A stretch of 64,000 nucleotides of DNA, taken from the NCBI RefSeq assembly GCF_902459465.1, contig NC_047064.1:19096001-19160000 (forward strand), written 5' to 3'. A model generated the notes under the pieces. It did not search any database. It was not told the origin of the DNA and saw only the letters and a program-made list of their open reading frames with translations. Position numbers and translations under genes: made by a program. Positions 14,629 to 29,314 of this stretch are shown here, one piece after another. Position 1 is the stretch's first letter. Each line of letters starts with the position of its first letter. The DNA comes from Asterias rubens. Taxonomy: Eukaryota.

Positions 14629-16815
14629 TAAGATACCTTTATCATGCTGCCTCCATCTTGGTCATGTTCCTCGTATCGAATGACGATAAAGAATGCTATT
14701 ATATCACTTTGCAAACAGAACCAGACTGGTTTGGTTACATCAATGGGATAAATTCAAGGTGGCTGCACTATGATAAAGATCTATATCCTCACGAAACTAA
14801 GCACTATAAGCCATTTCGCTGTCACCATGACATACATTAAAGTCGACACTAAACTTGAGAATGAGTGAGTCGTTAAAAGTGTCAGTCAACCTACCCTGTT
14901 CCTAAAGAGAAATGAAAAGTACTCTTTCAGACTCAAAGTCAACATTTGAACATGACATCACAAGAGTTTTCCTTTTCAACAGGAAAAGAACACAAGACCA
15001 ATGTATTTGTCCAGTCATTAGTTTACTGGTCTGACACTAAAAATACTGGCCGAGGCCAGAAGTCCAGTGTAAAATTTCAGCCCTGTATGGCATAGCATTG
15101 CAGGTTGTCTAGATAGAAACACAGGTACACCTCTGAATATCAGGTGTTAAAAGGGAGGGTATTAATGTATGTTTTTGTCAGTTGTCACTCAATGAACCAA
15201 ACCCAACACCAGACATCTAGATGTCAACGCTTTAAAAGGTGGGTTGTGTGGTTCACAAAAACTGACGTTACAAAACTACAGTGGTGAGAAATAAATCAAA
15301 AAAGAAACCAGTAAGTTTTATTTTTGAATGTCAAGGAGGCGGCAGTGATTGATGCTTCAGTTTCAGATTGATGACAGAAATCTAGCCTTAGATTTTGTGT
15401 CCGATTATTTGATGTCACTCCATCGATAAAAAACTTAAAATACCTCTTCCAAGCCCCATCTAAAAGGTTGACCTAAGAAACAAGCTGGAAAGCTCATGCA
15501 ATTAATTCTGGACCCTGTCACCCCCCCCCCCCCCCAAACAACAACAAAAAAGAAGGAAAAAGGGTAAATAAATACCAAGTCAAGGGTTTGTTGCCATTGG
15601 AATTTAATTTGCTGTTTTGTATTTTTCAATCAAAGATAACAAGCCATGTAAGAAACCGCAAAATTTGTGGGTGTGAATTCTTTCACTGAATCGATCTCTG
15701 TAACGAATTGAATTTTTAAAACAGGTGGCTGATCAAACCAGTGGTAGTCATTACAAATTTAAGGTCCACGAGACACATGCAAACCATAGCGGTCACTGAG
15801 CAGACACTACCAATTCCTTTACCAATTCCTTTCATGGATGGTACCGGAAGACTCAATGTCATTGCGATACGTGTACAACAGTTTCACTTCCTGCTGATTG
15901 GAGATTGAAACTTGGACATGATACAAAAACATTCATCCATAAAATTCAATTTATTTGTTTCACTGCAAGAGTTCACCATCAGGGGAAGTATAATGAGCAC
16001 CAACAACCTTCACAGGTGATGGTTTTAGACTGAAGAACCTGTAATTGCCAACCTGCCCTGAAAGCCTGTCAAGTCATGGTTATACAAGTTTCCTGTTTTG
16101 ATATTGATGTATATACATGTAGATCACATTTCTGTGCCCTGTAGTGTTACTAAAGCTTGTACCCTCCTCTTTCTTTCAGCCTAAAAAAAGGATCCAACTG
16201 ACCAATTAAATCAATATTGCATTTGACCCTTTTCACTGATGCCGTCAGGATGGCTGGTTTAAATAACAGGCTTTGAACCAAAGCCAGTGGATTTCTTGAT
16301 GTCAACAATGGGAAACGAAGGTCTGCTTGTCATTGTTAAAGTCAAATTTGTTTGCTTTGATTTTGCTTTCAGACATTAGAAGTTTATAAATACTCGGGAC
16401 CAGGGAAGTCCAAGGTGGTTTCAATCAAGAATCACCATAGGATTTGACTATAGGGAAAACACCCACCTTTTCTATAGAAACAAAACTGATTAATTGAAAT
16501 TGCTTTTAAAATGCATTTAACAAGAGTAAACTAAAAAACTTTTTTTTTAACTGACAGCAATTTATAGCTGGTACAATACAGGCGTGGAATTTCATATTTG
16601 AGAGGGCATAAAATGTAGGTAATCTGGATCATGCATAGGGCACTAGCATTGCAAAATCTTAAAGTGTATTGAAAACTTCTGAAGGGGCACCAAGGCTAAG
16701 TTCAAGGGGCAACAGATGGCCTCCGTGGCCTCCCACGTTCCAGCCCAGACATATGAATGGAAGCTTGTCCAAAGTAAACATTTTGATAGACAATCATACT
16801 TTTTCAAAGACTTAC

Positions 16816-17549
16816 CTCAAGGAAGATGCTTCTTTTTGCGCCACCTTGTGTAAATCATTTCTTATATACCGGACATCTAACGCTGCCCTTTTAGCAAGAT
16901 GAGAGTGTAGAACATCCCAGCTCACATCACACGGCTGATTGGGTTGGACTCTACGGCTACTGTTCTGACAAATAAAATGATCCAAACGTTTGAACTCTTG
17001 TTGGTTCGCCAAGTATTTCCCGACGATCTTCTGTCCATCCATCTCACCGTAAAAGACGCCTTTCTCCTTGGTGAGACCAACCGTCTCCATATCCAGCGTG
17101 ATGTTTCCAGCGTAAAATTTATCACAGAGTGAAGTGCCGTAGCAGCCTGGGCATGTCTCCTCTTGGAGGGCTGCTGGTGGTACCCTAGAAAACCGTCTTA
17201 TTGTTGAAGGAGCCCTCTTAGAAGCTTGCAATGATTCAATATGTTCATCCTTCTTTGACTCTTCCAAAGTTTCACTTATTAAATTCTTATCTTCGTACGA
17301 ACGCGCTTGTTCTAATAATCCAGCTCGAAATAAATTCAGATCCCTGCCAACGTTTTTTCTTCCTTCGCCTTCTCCCCTGGTTTCAATGTTCCATGGGTCT
17401 AGAGAAGTTGGCAGGGCAAGGTTAGGAGAGTCTTTGACCTCGCGCTCATACGATCCAAAACTGACGCTGATAAACTGTATGGCAAGGAAACAGCATAGAA
17501 GAAGCCCTATCAGATGGGTGAGCTTCCTCCTCAGCCGAAAAGTTCGCAT
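16816..17549 (-). CDS. DIPK2A: DIPK2/DIA1-family gene, first coding exon (signal/anchor peptide, stem, kinase N-lobe)
   Basis: ATG at 17549; basic plus hydrophobic N-terminus (RLRRKLTHLIGLLLCCFLAIQFISV); CPGCYGTSLC motif (DIPK2A CPACFGTSWC); KIVGKYL lysine strand; donor AG|gtaagt at 16814-16815. Candidate 5'UTR acceptor at 17635-17636. Confidence 0.9.
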
Positions 17550-19147
17550 CTTGTCGAGAGTCTGTTTAAAACATCATGCTTTGAACATCTGTGGCATCTG
17601 AGAACTGCCTGGAAGCGTTGGGTCAAGGTGAATTCTATAATTAAAAACAAGAATTTTTTAGATTGAAGCAAGTTTAGGGTTGCAAGTTGAACAAGTCTGG
17701 CACCTTGTGAATTTTGTAGATGGTATTAAAAACTATCCAGATGGTTTGTCAAATTTAATTTTATCTTCTTTAGTTTTACTCTTTTTTTTTTTTTTTTTTT
17801 TTGCCTTGATGGATTTTTCTTTTAAAACCCAACCATAGACTCTGTGCACAACTGGGCCCAATTTCACAAAGCTGTGAAACAGAAACACTTGCTTAACAAG
17901 TCAATTTTGTAAGCAAATAATATTATATGGGAAATACCAGTCACAAGTAGCATAAATGACACAACATTTTTGGCTGGCTGCCTTTGTTTGCCAAGCAAGA
18001 TTTTTAATAAGCTAAGCACACTAATTTGTGCTTTAGCAGGTTTATGAAACTGGACCCTGGGGCCAACTTCATCAGCCTTTTTGAGGTATGGCGGACGTGA
18101 TACGCGCGTGTCACACGCCGCGACTGATGCCATGCTCACCATGTTGGTGGTCATTAGGTTTACGTGTAAACGCCGCGTCGCCTAAAATGCGCACTTCACT
18201 GAATAACATACGTTCTATTTCTATGGTCAATTCGCACAAATTTACCACAACTTTACAGAGTTGTAGCATTGTGTCCGCCATATCTCAAAAAGGCTTATAG
18301 AGCTGCTTAAGCCAAAAATTTGCTTAAGCACGAAAATAGCTCGCTTATTTTACACATGTTACTGGCCAAAATTTCATGCCATATACATAGCTTGTGACTG
18401 GTATTAGATGTTGTTTGCATAGCATAACAATTGAGTTGAGTCTTGGCCGGTAATCTGATTTTACTAAGCAAGGAGTTTTTTGCTTTAAAAGCAAAATTTA
18501 GCAGGTTGGGCCCTGGTCTTTCCTGGCTCTAGATTTATGACAGCATTTGGATGGACCTTGAACCAACAAGCTGAGATCCTTGAAGGTATGAAATTTCAAC
18601 TATGATAATATTTACACTTGAACAAAGAGGAGAACCCCATGGGTTACAACCAGAGGTTTATAAAACTAGCATTTTTTATGTCTTTTCCAAATAACAATTT
18701 TCAAGGATGTCAAAATAACACTGCACCACAAGAAATAATAGCAGCGTAAAATTTCATGTGAATACGATTCAGTTGGAGGTGTTTGGGGTTTATACACCAG
18801 ACAGAAACTAGACTGTTTGTTTTGGCCACCTGTATGGTTATCAGGTCTGCGCAGGGAAGTGACTCAAACAAAATTGAACTTCCTGATCTATGGGTGATAG
18901 TTATCCCAGACAATACATGGAGTCCATCAAAGTAAAGCATCTAACGGGACATCTGAGGTTGTCTGATCTTAGAAATCACTGGAGACTTTGCAATATATTA
19001 ACAAGAATCTGGTGACCATGCTTAAAGAGGTGACCTATTTGTTTTCTGAAGAGTACAGTTTTAATCCTAATGTAGTTTCAAAGAAACGTACATGTACCCT
19101 CAAAATAGGCTAAAGAAGTTTATTTCATAATGTTTGTGTACAAAATA

Positions 19148-19513
19148 TTAAAGGAACACATTGGTTTGGATCGGACGAGTTGGTCTATAAAAAGTGTTTG
19201 TAACTATTTGTTATAAAATGCATTGGTTGGAAAGATGTTTTAGAACACAATGATCCAGACAAATTTGCCACAAAATTGTGTGGTTTTCCTTTTATTTTGC
19301 GAACTAACGCGGTCGGCCATTTGACTCCCATAAATGGCCGACCGTGTTAGTTGACGAGGTAAAAAGAAAACCGTGCAATTTTGAGGCATGTTTGTGTGGA
19401 TCATTGTATTCTACTTTTGCAACTTCTCTCTACCCATATGCATTTTATAACAAACAGTTTCAAACGCTTTTCAAAGACCAACTCGACCGTTCCAAGGCAA
19501 CGTGTTCCTTGAA
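19148..19513. mobile_element. Family B palindromic MITE
   Basis: Same family; the right TTAA is degenerate. Confidence 0.8.
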
Positions 19514-20466
19514 TGTGCTGTACTTGTGGATAAAAGTGTTATTAGGTTCAATCTGGAATATCACTTATAGTTCATACCAGTCCCTGATCCTCAAGAGAAA
19601 ATTTATTTAAGAAAACAGCGTTTGAAGCCTTGCCTTTTTCAAGTGCTGCAATTGAAATAACCCAGATACACACAATTAATTCTGTCACAACTTTTTTTAT
19701 AAACCATTCATTGATTGCTGTTTTCACAACGATGGTCACAAACTTTGATGACATTATCACTATGGCCATCAGATCAAAATGACCTACTTTGTTCAAAATG
19801 ACATTCTTTTAAGTAGAAAGATACAACTCAGGAGGGATGCAGTAAAGCCTTTCTGAATAAAAACACCAATACTTTACTTCAAGAATACATGTAATTACAA
19901 GCTTCTTCAATCATAGCTGCTGATTTATCAATTTGTAAATGACAGACTTTATCCGGCCTCATTAAAGATCTACTTCTTCCTCAATTCACTTCAAAACAAG
20001 GATAATTCGTGGATCTTCCTTAAATCCATTTTATGGTGGTTGTCAATCTATTCGACCAATTTAGTCTGCTGCCCGTAGCAATAGGTGGTCACCACTTTGT
20101 GCAGCAGGTATTGTCCCTGGAAATCATGCTTGTTGCTTTTGTTCAATGGATAAATTGGTTGTAAACTTTCCAGCTTATGGGTATTAGGTACGACTGTACG
20201 CGTAGCTGCATCCCTATAATTGTAGGAATTCTAAGAAAGAATTCCCATTATGGCAAACAGTTTACATGTAAATACTGCAGGAATGCTAATCTTTCAGTAC
20301 ATTACTGGTAAATTAAGTACTTTGAATACTTGCTTTACAGGAGGATGCATAATAGCGAACAGACACCAAGGCGATTTAAAAAAGGAATGGTCCAAAAACA
20401 TCACCAAAGTTCTTCCACCTGATTTGTATACAACAAATGCTGCATCACGAATGAAATGCTACCAAC

Positions 20467-20712
20467 CAGGGCCCAATTTCATAGAGCTGCTTAAGCACAA
20501 AATTTTGCTTAAGCAAAAAAATCCTTGCTTTAGTAAAATCAGATTACCGGCCAAGACTCCATTGAATTGTTATGCAAGTAAACAACAGCTAAATACCAGT
20601 CACAAGCAATGTATATGGCATGAAATTTGGGCCAGTAACATGTGTAAAACAAGCGAGCTATTTTCGTGCTTAAACAAATTTTTTGCAAGCAGCTCTATGA
20701 AATTGGCCCCAG
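20467..20712. mobile_element. Family D MITE (GGGCCCAATTTCATAGAGCTGC TIR)
   Basis: Related copies at 17852-18060, 18295-18515, 22888-23138, and partial at 46856-46975. Confidence 0.8.
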
Positions 20713-22504
20713 TCTACCGCCCCATCTGTTTCAGAGCAAACCAAGAAAACTTCTGAGTGAAATGATACTCCAGACAAACAAAAACTTCACGAAGGCATCA
20801 AAGGCGATTGCCTCCACGCCCCGTGGTCGTTGCCTTGGTGCCTTTGAAATGTTACAGTCGAAACTTAAAGTTTCCTCACAGGAACGATTTACAGTGTATT
20901 AGATCAGAGTAATATTCATAAAATGAAAATGTATGATGTATGGGTATAACACCTAGCTATTTAAATGGTTTTACACAATGTCAAACCATTCACTACTTTC
21001 CAGTTCACTTAAAAAGACAAGCGTTTCCCACTAAGCACTCCTTTTATAAAATTGCTTATAAAACAAATATTTATATTAGACAAATTTTCAGGGTCACTTA
21101 AAATTCTTTTGTGGTGTTTGCTGGTGCGCTATCTGGACCTCTGGCAAGTTTGATATGAGCCTTATCACCAATGACCATTGCTATAGAAACACACACAAAG
21201 CCCATTTTGTATCAACAAAGGAAGCTGATAAAAACTAGGTTCCCTACAAATGGTAATGTTTACATTGCTGATGACCATGATAACTAGTCTAGTATGATAT
21301 TTTTGTTTTTCCGAAAGATGGCCATGACTGGTGCATCCAGACATTGATGAACATAAAAAAATTGGCGAAAAATAACTAATGGCCTGACATTTCATCCCTT
21401 GCTAGCAGAGCAAAAACTCTGCTACATGTAGGGTCGAAACATCAGGCATAATATTTTTTTTCATTTATACCATAGGTCCCTTTGGTTGGTAAAAATAAAG
21501 GCATACATCCACCTATATATGTATTGTTCACACTAAATGGGGTAATGGTCGGTGACGTCTATAAACCTAGCTATATATTGACTTGCCATTAAATTGTTAT
21601 AATTTATGGCAACTAAAATGCACTGACAAGCTGCAAATGTTCAGAGTGAAAAGTGACTCTTAACATTTTCCTGCCTCCCACGTTGATGAACAATCTCAAC
21701 CATTGTTTCAAGAACTCAGTCACATAAAAAAATTGACAGAACAAAACATGAATGTACCTAAATTTTATAACATAGTTATTTTTGTATTATCTTGCAACCA
21801 AGAACCGTTTGTATTTCTTCTCTCAAATAAGAAAGATGTGCTTAATTTGGACAATGCTTTTAAACAGTAAATCCCCATTGCTTGAAAATAACTTAATGGT
21901 TTATCAAAACATTTGTTTTGCTAATTATAAAGAAAAAACTGTCAAGTGTTTGAAGCCAAAAAGGAGATAGATTACGTAGTTTGTGAACACGGTGGGCTTC
22001 CATAAAACAAAACAGCAAATTGCATTACTACTAATGTGGTTAAAAAGAAGACAAATTGTGTTTTAACAAGTTCTTTTATCAGCGTTCGACAATACCATAT
22101 AATGCTGGCCCCGCCCTCTCCTGCTATTAACTGCTGACATACATCTGACCAAAGTGTTTTGAGTACTGATTAATGGCTGTAATTGCTTGAGTTATCTTGC
22201 TTTTCTGTTGATTTTATGTAATCAGAATTTGTTATCTTCCATTGGATAACAACAAAATTTGCTATATTCACAGGTGCCAACTGATAATGACATTCCAACT
22301 GTCAAGATTTTATTTTGCACAAAAATGTACACTAAAAAACGCATTGCCATCACTCAGCCCTTCCAATGGCAATACAATCCTTGGATCAAAACTGTAGGTT
22401 TTTTATATCAGACCATTTCTGGGTAAACTGTGGGTCCTTTTTCTGATTCAAAGTTTCAAAGACTTTGAATGGATGTGAATATAACATGCCCTATCTCGGC
22501 CTCT

Positions 22505-22851
22505 TTAAAAAGACAGTAGACACTATTGGTAATTGTCAAAGACTAGTCTTCACAATTGGTGTATCTTAACATATGCATAAAATAACAAACCTGTGAAAAT
22601 TTGAGCTTTACCATGGTCACACTAAGTTGTGTGCTTTCAGATGCTTGATTTCGAGACCTCAAATTCTAAATCTGATATCTGGAAATCATATTCTTGGAAA
22701 ATTAATCCTTTCTCGAAAACTACGTCACTTCAAAGGGAGCTGTTTCTCACAATGTGTTATACTATCTACCTCTCCCCATTACTCGTAATCAAGAAAGGTT
22801 TTATGATAATATCTATTTTGAGTAATTACCAATAGTGTCCACTGCCTTTAA
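22505..22851 (+). mobile_element. Family A MITE (~390 bp, TTAA-flanked, Kolobok-like)
   Basis: TIRs AGGCAGTGGACACTATTGGTAATT...AATTACCAATAGTGTCCACTGCCT; followed by a 24-bp tandem duplication of the right end. Confidence 0.85.
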
Positions 22852-24112
22852 GGGACTTTTGTCCACTGCCTTTAAGGGACTTTTGTCCTGGGCCCGATTT
22901 CATAGCGCTGCTAGGCACACAAATTTGCTTAGCATGGCACTTCTTCCTTGAAAAAAAAAACAAGATTACCAACCAAATTTCAAGTTGTTGCATGTTGCTA
23001 CTAACTGGTATTCAGCTGTTGTTTGCTTGTCCTGAAAATCACGTGGAAATTTTGTTGACATTCCTGTTTTTACCAAGGGAGAAATCATAATGCTAAGCAA
23101 ATGTGTGTACTTAGCAGCGCTATGAAATTGGGCCCCGGTAGTATTGCAAAACAGATTATCACTGTACTTGGTCTTTTTCAAAGTGTAATTTTTTGACCAC
23201 ATGGAACTTTGAAGGGCTGCACTCTGCAAATCATGGTAATTGAAGCGAAATTGTCCTACTCAAATCTAAACTGTACGGTTAAGGGTTTAACAATAACTGT
23301 TGAAATACAGATGCGATTTTTAAGTTAGCTTTCCATCAAGGAAAAGCAAGATTTAAATAAAAACTTTGTTGTTGTTTTTCTTCTTCTAGTTTTGCAATTA
23401 TTTTATATTTTTCCCTTTGTGTTTTTATATTAAAAGTTTGACATAACTTTGATATTGTAGGCCTATATTTTGATGGAGTATCAATCATATTTTTAAGTGG
23501 TTTACAACAACTCAACAGCAGGGTTGAGAGCACGTTGAGAGTCAATTATTTTCTTATCTTTACTGGCAAAAAGATCGAGGACAACCCCTCAAAATTCAAT
23601 TTGTAAAAACATATGTTAAATCGATCAAAATCTAGTGATATGATCTTGCTGAACTTGAGTTGATTGATTGGCCCATTGAAGTTGCGTTCAATAACAAACC
23701 AGTGGCATATTCCCCACCAAACAAAAGTTAACAAAAACCCGCACAAACAAAAATGAATCTTTCAAATTGTATAACTGTCCACGTTCAACAAACGACAAGG
23801 GTAGAACCCCGACAAGGTTGAACAAACCCATCCACCAAACGGTTTGCATTGCCCAACTGTTCATCTATTGTCAAGCTTGGTGAACGAACAATTTAGGGCA
23901 TGTAGACCCAAACAGTAGTGATAGATGCTTAAACTTGAGCTAAGTTGAGAAGCATTTTGAATTGAGCAAGATATGCCTCTCCCAAACGTCTGTCATGTCT
24001 GTAGCTAGAGTCTGTAGCATGCATTAGGTTCGGGACCATTGCCAACCATTAAAAGCATACAGTACGTGGGGAAAAGGTAAAGTTCATGACCATCCCCAAG
24101 ATTAAGTGACTT

Positions 24113-24490
24113 ACCATCTGATTTTAGCTCTGTCAAGAACGATATTGCAATGTTTTCTTCAACGAACACGGTTTAATTTTTCCCAGCAACGAATTGTGTC
24201 AGCACGTGTTTGTATGTCTATGGTCTATCTCGACCCACATCCCCTGGAATTGTATGCATTCACCTGCATATGAAACTAATCCACACTGCACAATGAACGG
24301 CCAACACAGACAAACTTGTCACAGTCAAGCTTCGTGTGTTTTATCACGTGCGCGTAGATATAAAATGCATGCAAAAGTTTTGGCGTTCCAACTGTCAATC
24401 ATTGCCCACGTCCAATAGATATACAAAACTAATATAAATAGGCGTGTTCTACAGATCGCTTGGCCAATAGGAGGGCCTCGTTGGTCAGCA
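24113..24490 (-). promoter_or_regulatory. Possible non-coding first exon/promoter region of the DIPK2-like gene
   Basis: Strong minus-strand donor ATG|gtaagt at 24113-24114, with a CpG-richer stretch, CACGTG and CCAAT motifs just upstream. Circumstantial only. Confidence 0.25.
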
Positions 24491-25923
24491 TAAATTTTGA
24501 TCACTTTTGATGCACAGTTGTTTGGTTATCGTCTGCTAATTATTTGTGAGAATAATATTCTGCCCGAAGTTGAAAAGACAGCTAGATGCAGGCTATAAGT
24601 ACAGGACTTGAGTTTTGTAAACTTGTCACAGAATGGGATGTTCAAAACAAAGGGATTGAAGGCTTAATTGTCTTATTCATCCCAAATGTCTTGCTTAATT
24701 GACTTGAAAGATAATAGTAAAAAGATTCGTTACCGATACAAGCATTGTCTGCTTTATATAACCATGAAAATCTGCTCTTGAAAGTGTTGTCAAGTTTTTT
24801 GCACTCAAACAACAATTAGCTGTAGGCCCCTGACCCTAAGGATCAGATTTTGCAGAAGATAACTTTTCCATCTGAATTGCGGTTTAAAGAAGGTTATCTC
24901 CAAACGAACTGGGTGCGTCTTAAAAGGGCCATGTCCAGGAGGAAATGTACAGGCAACCAGTTCAAGACAATCCCCCAAAAAGATAATCAATTCAAATTTG
25001 AACGTTCACAGAACTTTGTGACCGCAAGACATTGTTTGAAAAGTTACTGTATATGCTTCTTGCGTCACCTTTTTAAGGAAATGCAAGGGCACCAAGGCGT
25101 TTTTCATTGGTAAAAGGGAGCTCTATGAGGAAATTGTAAATTTCTACTGGAGCATTTCAAGGGCACCAAGCCGATGATCAGGGGGCATGGATGCGATGAG
25201 AAGGCATGCAAAGTGATCTTGTAGCCCGCACTGCGCGCGGTTGGTTCGTCCCTCCATTGCCTGCTAATCACTGTGACAAGGCCCTTACAACATACATGTA
25301 CATGAAATTAATACATGTAAGTACCTGTCGTATGGTCGTATTATAATTGAAACATCGCAATGGTGGGGTGGAATACTGCAACTGGGTTTTGGAGTTGAGG
25401 TTGTCAATAAAACCGTGTGCCGTGACTTAAGTGTTTCTTTACCTTTCGGATTGTATTGAGCGTTGAGATGATGTAGACAATGTAGACAATTCACATTTGT
25501 CCATTTACAATGTTAGCTCAGAGTCTAAAAAAAAATGTATCCATGTGAGGGATTATCCCAGATAATCCTCACGTTAATCCGATTGGGTTCCCATTATGTT
25601 AGTGAGTGGGGGTGTTACCGATTATTTGTCTTTTCAAATCAACAGTCAATCTATAGGAAGATGATTGATTTTTCTTTCTGGAAAGCGTTGTCTATTTTTG
25701 CATTTTCGAACCGGAAGATTGTTGTTTTCGTTTGGTGAAAACCAAAGATCATAGAGCGCCGTTGATTAGAACACATGACTCGTCCGGGCGCTATTTTGTT
25801 GCAATAACCATGGAGGAAAATTATTTATAGCAATATTGGGCAAAGGATCCAAATTTGGAACAAAGTCTTGGTAGAAGCTTAGACCTACTGTCCTAAATTA
25901 AGATGTGAAACTGGCTTTGATAG

Positions 25924-26310
25924 TTAAAGACACTGGCCACTGTTGGCAATTGTTAAAGACAAGTCTTCTCATCTGGTTTATCTCAACATATATGCATAAA
26001 ATAACAAACCTGTGAAAATTTGAGCTCAATTGGTCGTCGGAGTTGCGAGATAACTCTGAAACAAAAAACACCCTTGTCAGACGAAGTTGTGTGCTTTCAG
26101 ATGCTTGATTTCGAGACCTCAATTTCTAAACTTGACGGCTCGAAATCAAGTTCATTGAAAATTACTTTTTCTCGAAAACTACGTTACTTCAGAGGGAGCC
26201 GTTTCTCACAATGTTTTTAACTATCAACCTCTCCCCATTACTCCTTACCAAGTAAGGTTTTATGCTGATAATTATTTTGAGTAATTACCAATAGTGTCCA
26301 CTACCTTTAA
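25924..26310 (+). mobile_element. Family A MITE
   Basis: Full length, TTAA on both sides. Confidence 0.85.
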
Positions 26311-28172
26311 TGGTTGGTGCTTCAAACCCTCAAATAAAAACTTAAAATAACAATAAAAGCTGTGACGGGTTTTTAACATAATTTATGGTGACGTTGGCGA
26401 AAATATACCGACCTATGTGTTTTTGTTTGATGTGCATCACCGGTCATACCAAATCGACGTTTACCAATCGAAATTGTAACACAAATTGAGAGTTCGATTT
26501 GAAAGATCGTTAATTTTGCTCTCCGTTGACAGCTTTCCTGTTACACTGACATCATGACTGACAGATAAATCAATTGAAATTATCATTGAATTATGTTGAC
26601 TGTCAAAGCATAGAGGTAGTATCTACCTCCATGGTAATAATAATAATAATTAATAATAAAAAATAATTTAAAAAATGGTCAAAGAGACAAAAACATGTCA
26701 ACAAAGTACGAAACCGAAAAAGCAGATTTGTTTAAATTTTGTTCTTACCTGACTTAATCAGAAACGATGAGACGACCCTGTTGCCTTTTTTCACTTCGAG
26801 ATAAACCCACTTCGAGACAACGAGTTTAGGCCTACCCTCACGGGCAACTGTGTGACAGTGTCCTGTGGATATACTGCAAACACGTTGTTGCAGTGCATGA
26901 TACCATTCTCTGCTCGTAGCTATAAACCACATGAACATACACAAGTATTGTCTCAATGCATCAGGGCTGGATAAAAGATCATGAAGTCACAAACAGTACT
27001 TCCACAACATGTTTGTTTCTGACCACGTACATCTGGTGTAGGTTTCTGACATTTCCTGGTAATAATGCCTCACAACTACAGCCCGCGAAATGATCAAACA
27101 CCCAAGTGATCGAACACAATTGAGACACCATACAAAGTGATCGAACGAGGAGTTGAGTTGTCGAATTCTTTCCCGTCGGTGTTTCACCGAAAGCAACAAA
27201 AATATCTCCTCTCTTGCATTTGCTTCATTCAGTATTGGCAGACCATCCCCTGTGTGTAAAAAGAGACCCTCACTCTAATACGTGGAGGTTTAGGTGATGA
27301 ACAAAAAGTAAACCAATACCCATGGGTCTACGCGATGATATGACACCAGACGTGAAGTTAGCACTTCATGCAGACAAGAAAGCAAGGATAAAAGCTTTAT
27401 ACTTTAATCTCCCGCAAAGTGATGTCACTGGACCGGTTCTAGGATTGTCTGGGAGAGAGCTTTTGTTCAACCCCTTAAGACCACCACGGGAGGATGCTCC
27501 GTGTGGGGATTGACAGTACAACAAGAACAGAACGAGCTGGGATTGGGTGAAGCCATAAAACTTGCCCGGGCACTCTTTGTGTTTTCATTACGTTTGAAGA
27601 AAAGCTGTGGTCCCTTTCGACGGGCCAGCTATAGATTTGGGACTTAATGGTGTTGGACCCCCGAGTCCACGCCATAGAAGTTTTTATTCTTTTTGACCAG
27701 GGGCGAGGGGAAGGAAAACTATCATATTCAAAGGTATATAGGGAAACCATTAAAATCCATATTTGAGGGTGGGCATGCCCTTTTGCAATATTTGTTTTAA
27801 AATGCCATTGAAGATCGAGCAAGTCGGTGTCACAATCAAAGACTCAACAGAGAGAGTAAAGTATCGGGCAATATTTTCTTCGCAGAGTAAACTGGAAACA
27901 GACGACCAACTCCCCATCACAGCTGACCGAGTGAGGGCAGTATTTATAATAAAACCAAACGGACGGAGTCGCTGTAAAGGCAGGATACTTTTGGTACGGG
28001 ATTGGTACTGCTCCACAAATTATGACCAACTTTAGCTTCCGGAATGAAACTGAAAAGATTGTCTATGTGGCTCTACTACCAGACTATTATAATGACTCAT
28101 TTGCATCTCATTAGAGATTGAAAACCAGTTGTATCTTTTCATACTAACTCTTATCCCCTTGAAATAGGCATA

Positions 28173-29012
28173 CAGCCCTCCTGAAGAGAGAGGCCAGGAA
28201 CTTTTTTTACCCCAATACCCCGGGTTTTACCGCTCACCCCTACTCCAGATCAGGAGGTGGCTATTTCCCAAATATGCCCATTTGCCGGGAGAAAGTGTGA
28301 ACCGGGCCGTCCGTTATTCCCCGGGGCAACCCCAGGAGATAGAGTTGTGTGAAAATGTTTTTGGGCTGCAATAACCCTTTTCACACTTCTGAGCCATTTC
28401 CCGGGAAGTTAACTCTCGGGAAAATCCCGGCAGTATCCACACCGTCACCCAAGCAACCGTTCTCACTATCCCAATTTGGTAACTCCCGGGAGTACTATCT
28501 GCCGTGAATAAATGCATGGTCGTTTCGTTTAACTCCCTAAACCATACCCCTGAGCAGGGTTAAGTATTTCCTAGGATAATTTATTTCCCGGGAAAATCCC
28601 GGGAGTGTGTTGTAGTGTGAAAAAATGGACCAAAAGTTCCCGGGAATTTCCCGGGAAATAACTAGGTGAAAAGAGCTATAGACTATGCAACGGTGAACTT
28701 TCCCCCATCTTTCTACTTACGGCGGAATTAATAGCGTCGCCGACTTCAATTTTCCGACCCGGGTGCAAAAATGGTCGGTGAATAGTAATATGTAGGCCCT
28801 ACAATTTCCATGGCCGACAAAACTATTCTAGTGACCCAGTTATCACTATAGATTTTGAGAAACGATGATGTCCAAAAATTAAATGTGCAGGTCTATTCGA
28901 CATGCATACACAATTGTATTGCGGTATAACAAATTCCTGGGAGTTTTTGTTGTGTGCAAAGATCGATTTCCCGGGAATTTCCCGGGAAATAACTAGAATG
29001 TGAAAAGGGCTA
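28173..29012. mobile_element. Nested/duplicated family F elements (CCCGGG-rich, GCCCTTTTCACA termini)
   Basis: Reverse-oriented match to 46261-46541; ~90-bp direct duplication of the right end plus flank (28630-28720 vs 28965-29060). Confidence 0.65.
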
Positions 29013-29186
29013 TATAAGACTATGCAACGGTGAAATTTCCCCCATCTTTATACTTACGAGGCCGTAAGGCTGTGTCCCAAACGGCGACTTCGGCTGCAGC
29101 TACGGCTAGATCAACGCGTCTGCCAGTGTTGAAAAAAGCTCAAGCCAAAGTCGCCGTTTCGGAATGCAAAGTTTAAGTTAAACTGA

Positions 29187-29314
29187 GGCCGTGTCCGAAA
29201 CGACGACTTCGGCTACATCTACGTCTAGATCAGCGCGTCTACCAGTGTTGAAGAATAGCAGACGCGCGCGATCTAGCCGTAGCTGTAGTCGAAGTCGCCG
29301 TTTCGGACACGGCC
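29187..29314. mobile_element. Family E hairpin MITE
   Basis: 3-bp TSD TGA on both sides; a partial copy sits at 29068-29162. Confidence 0.85.

Noticed and set aside
20250-20756. 168-aa ORF
   Set aside because: Largely a family D MITE; no recognisable domain.
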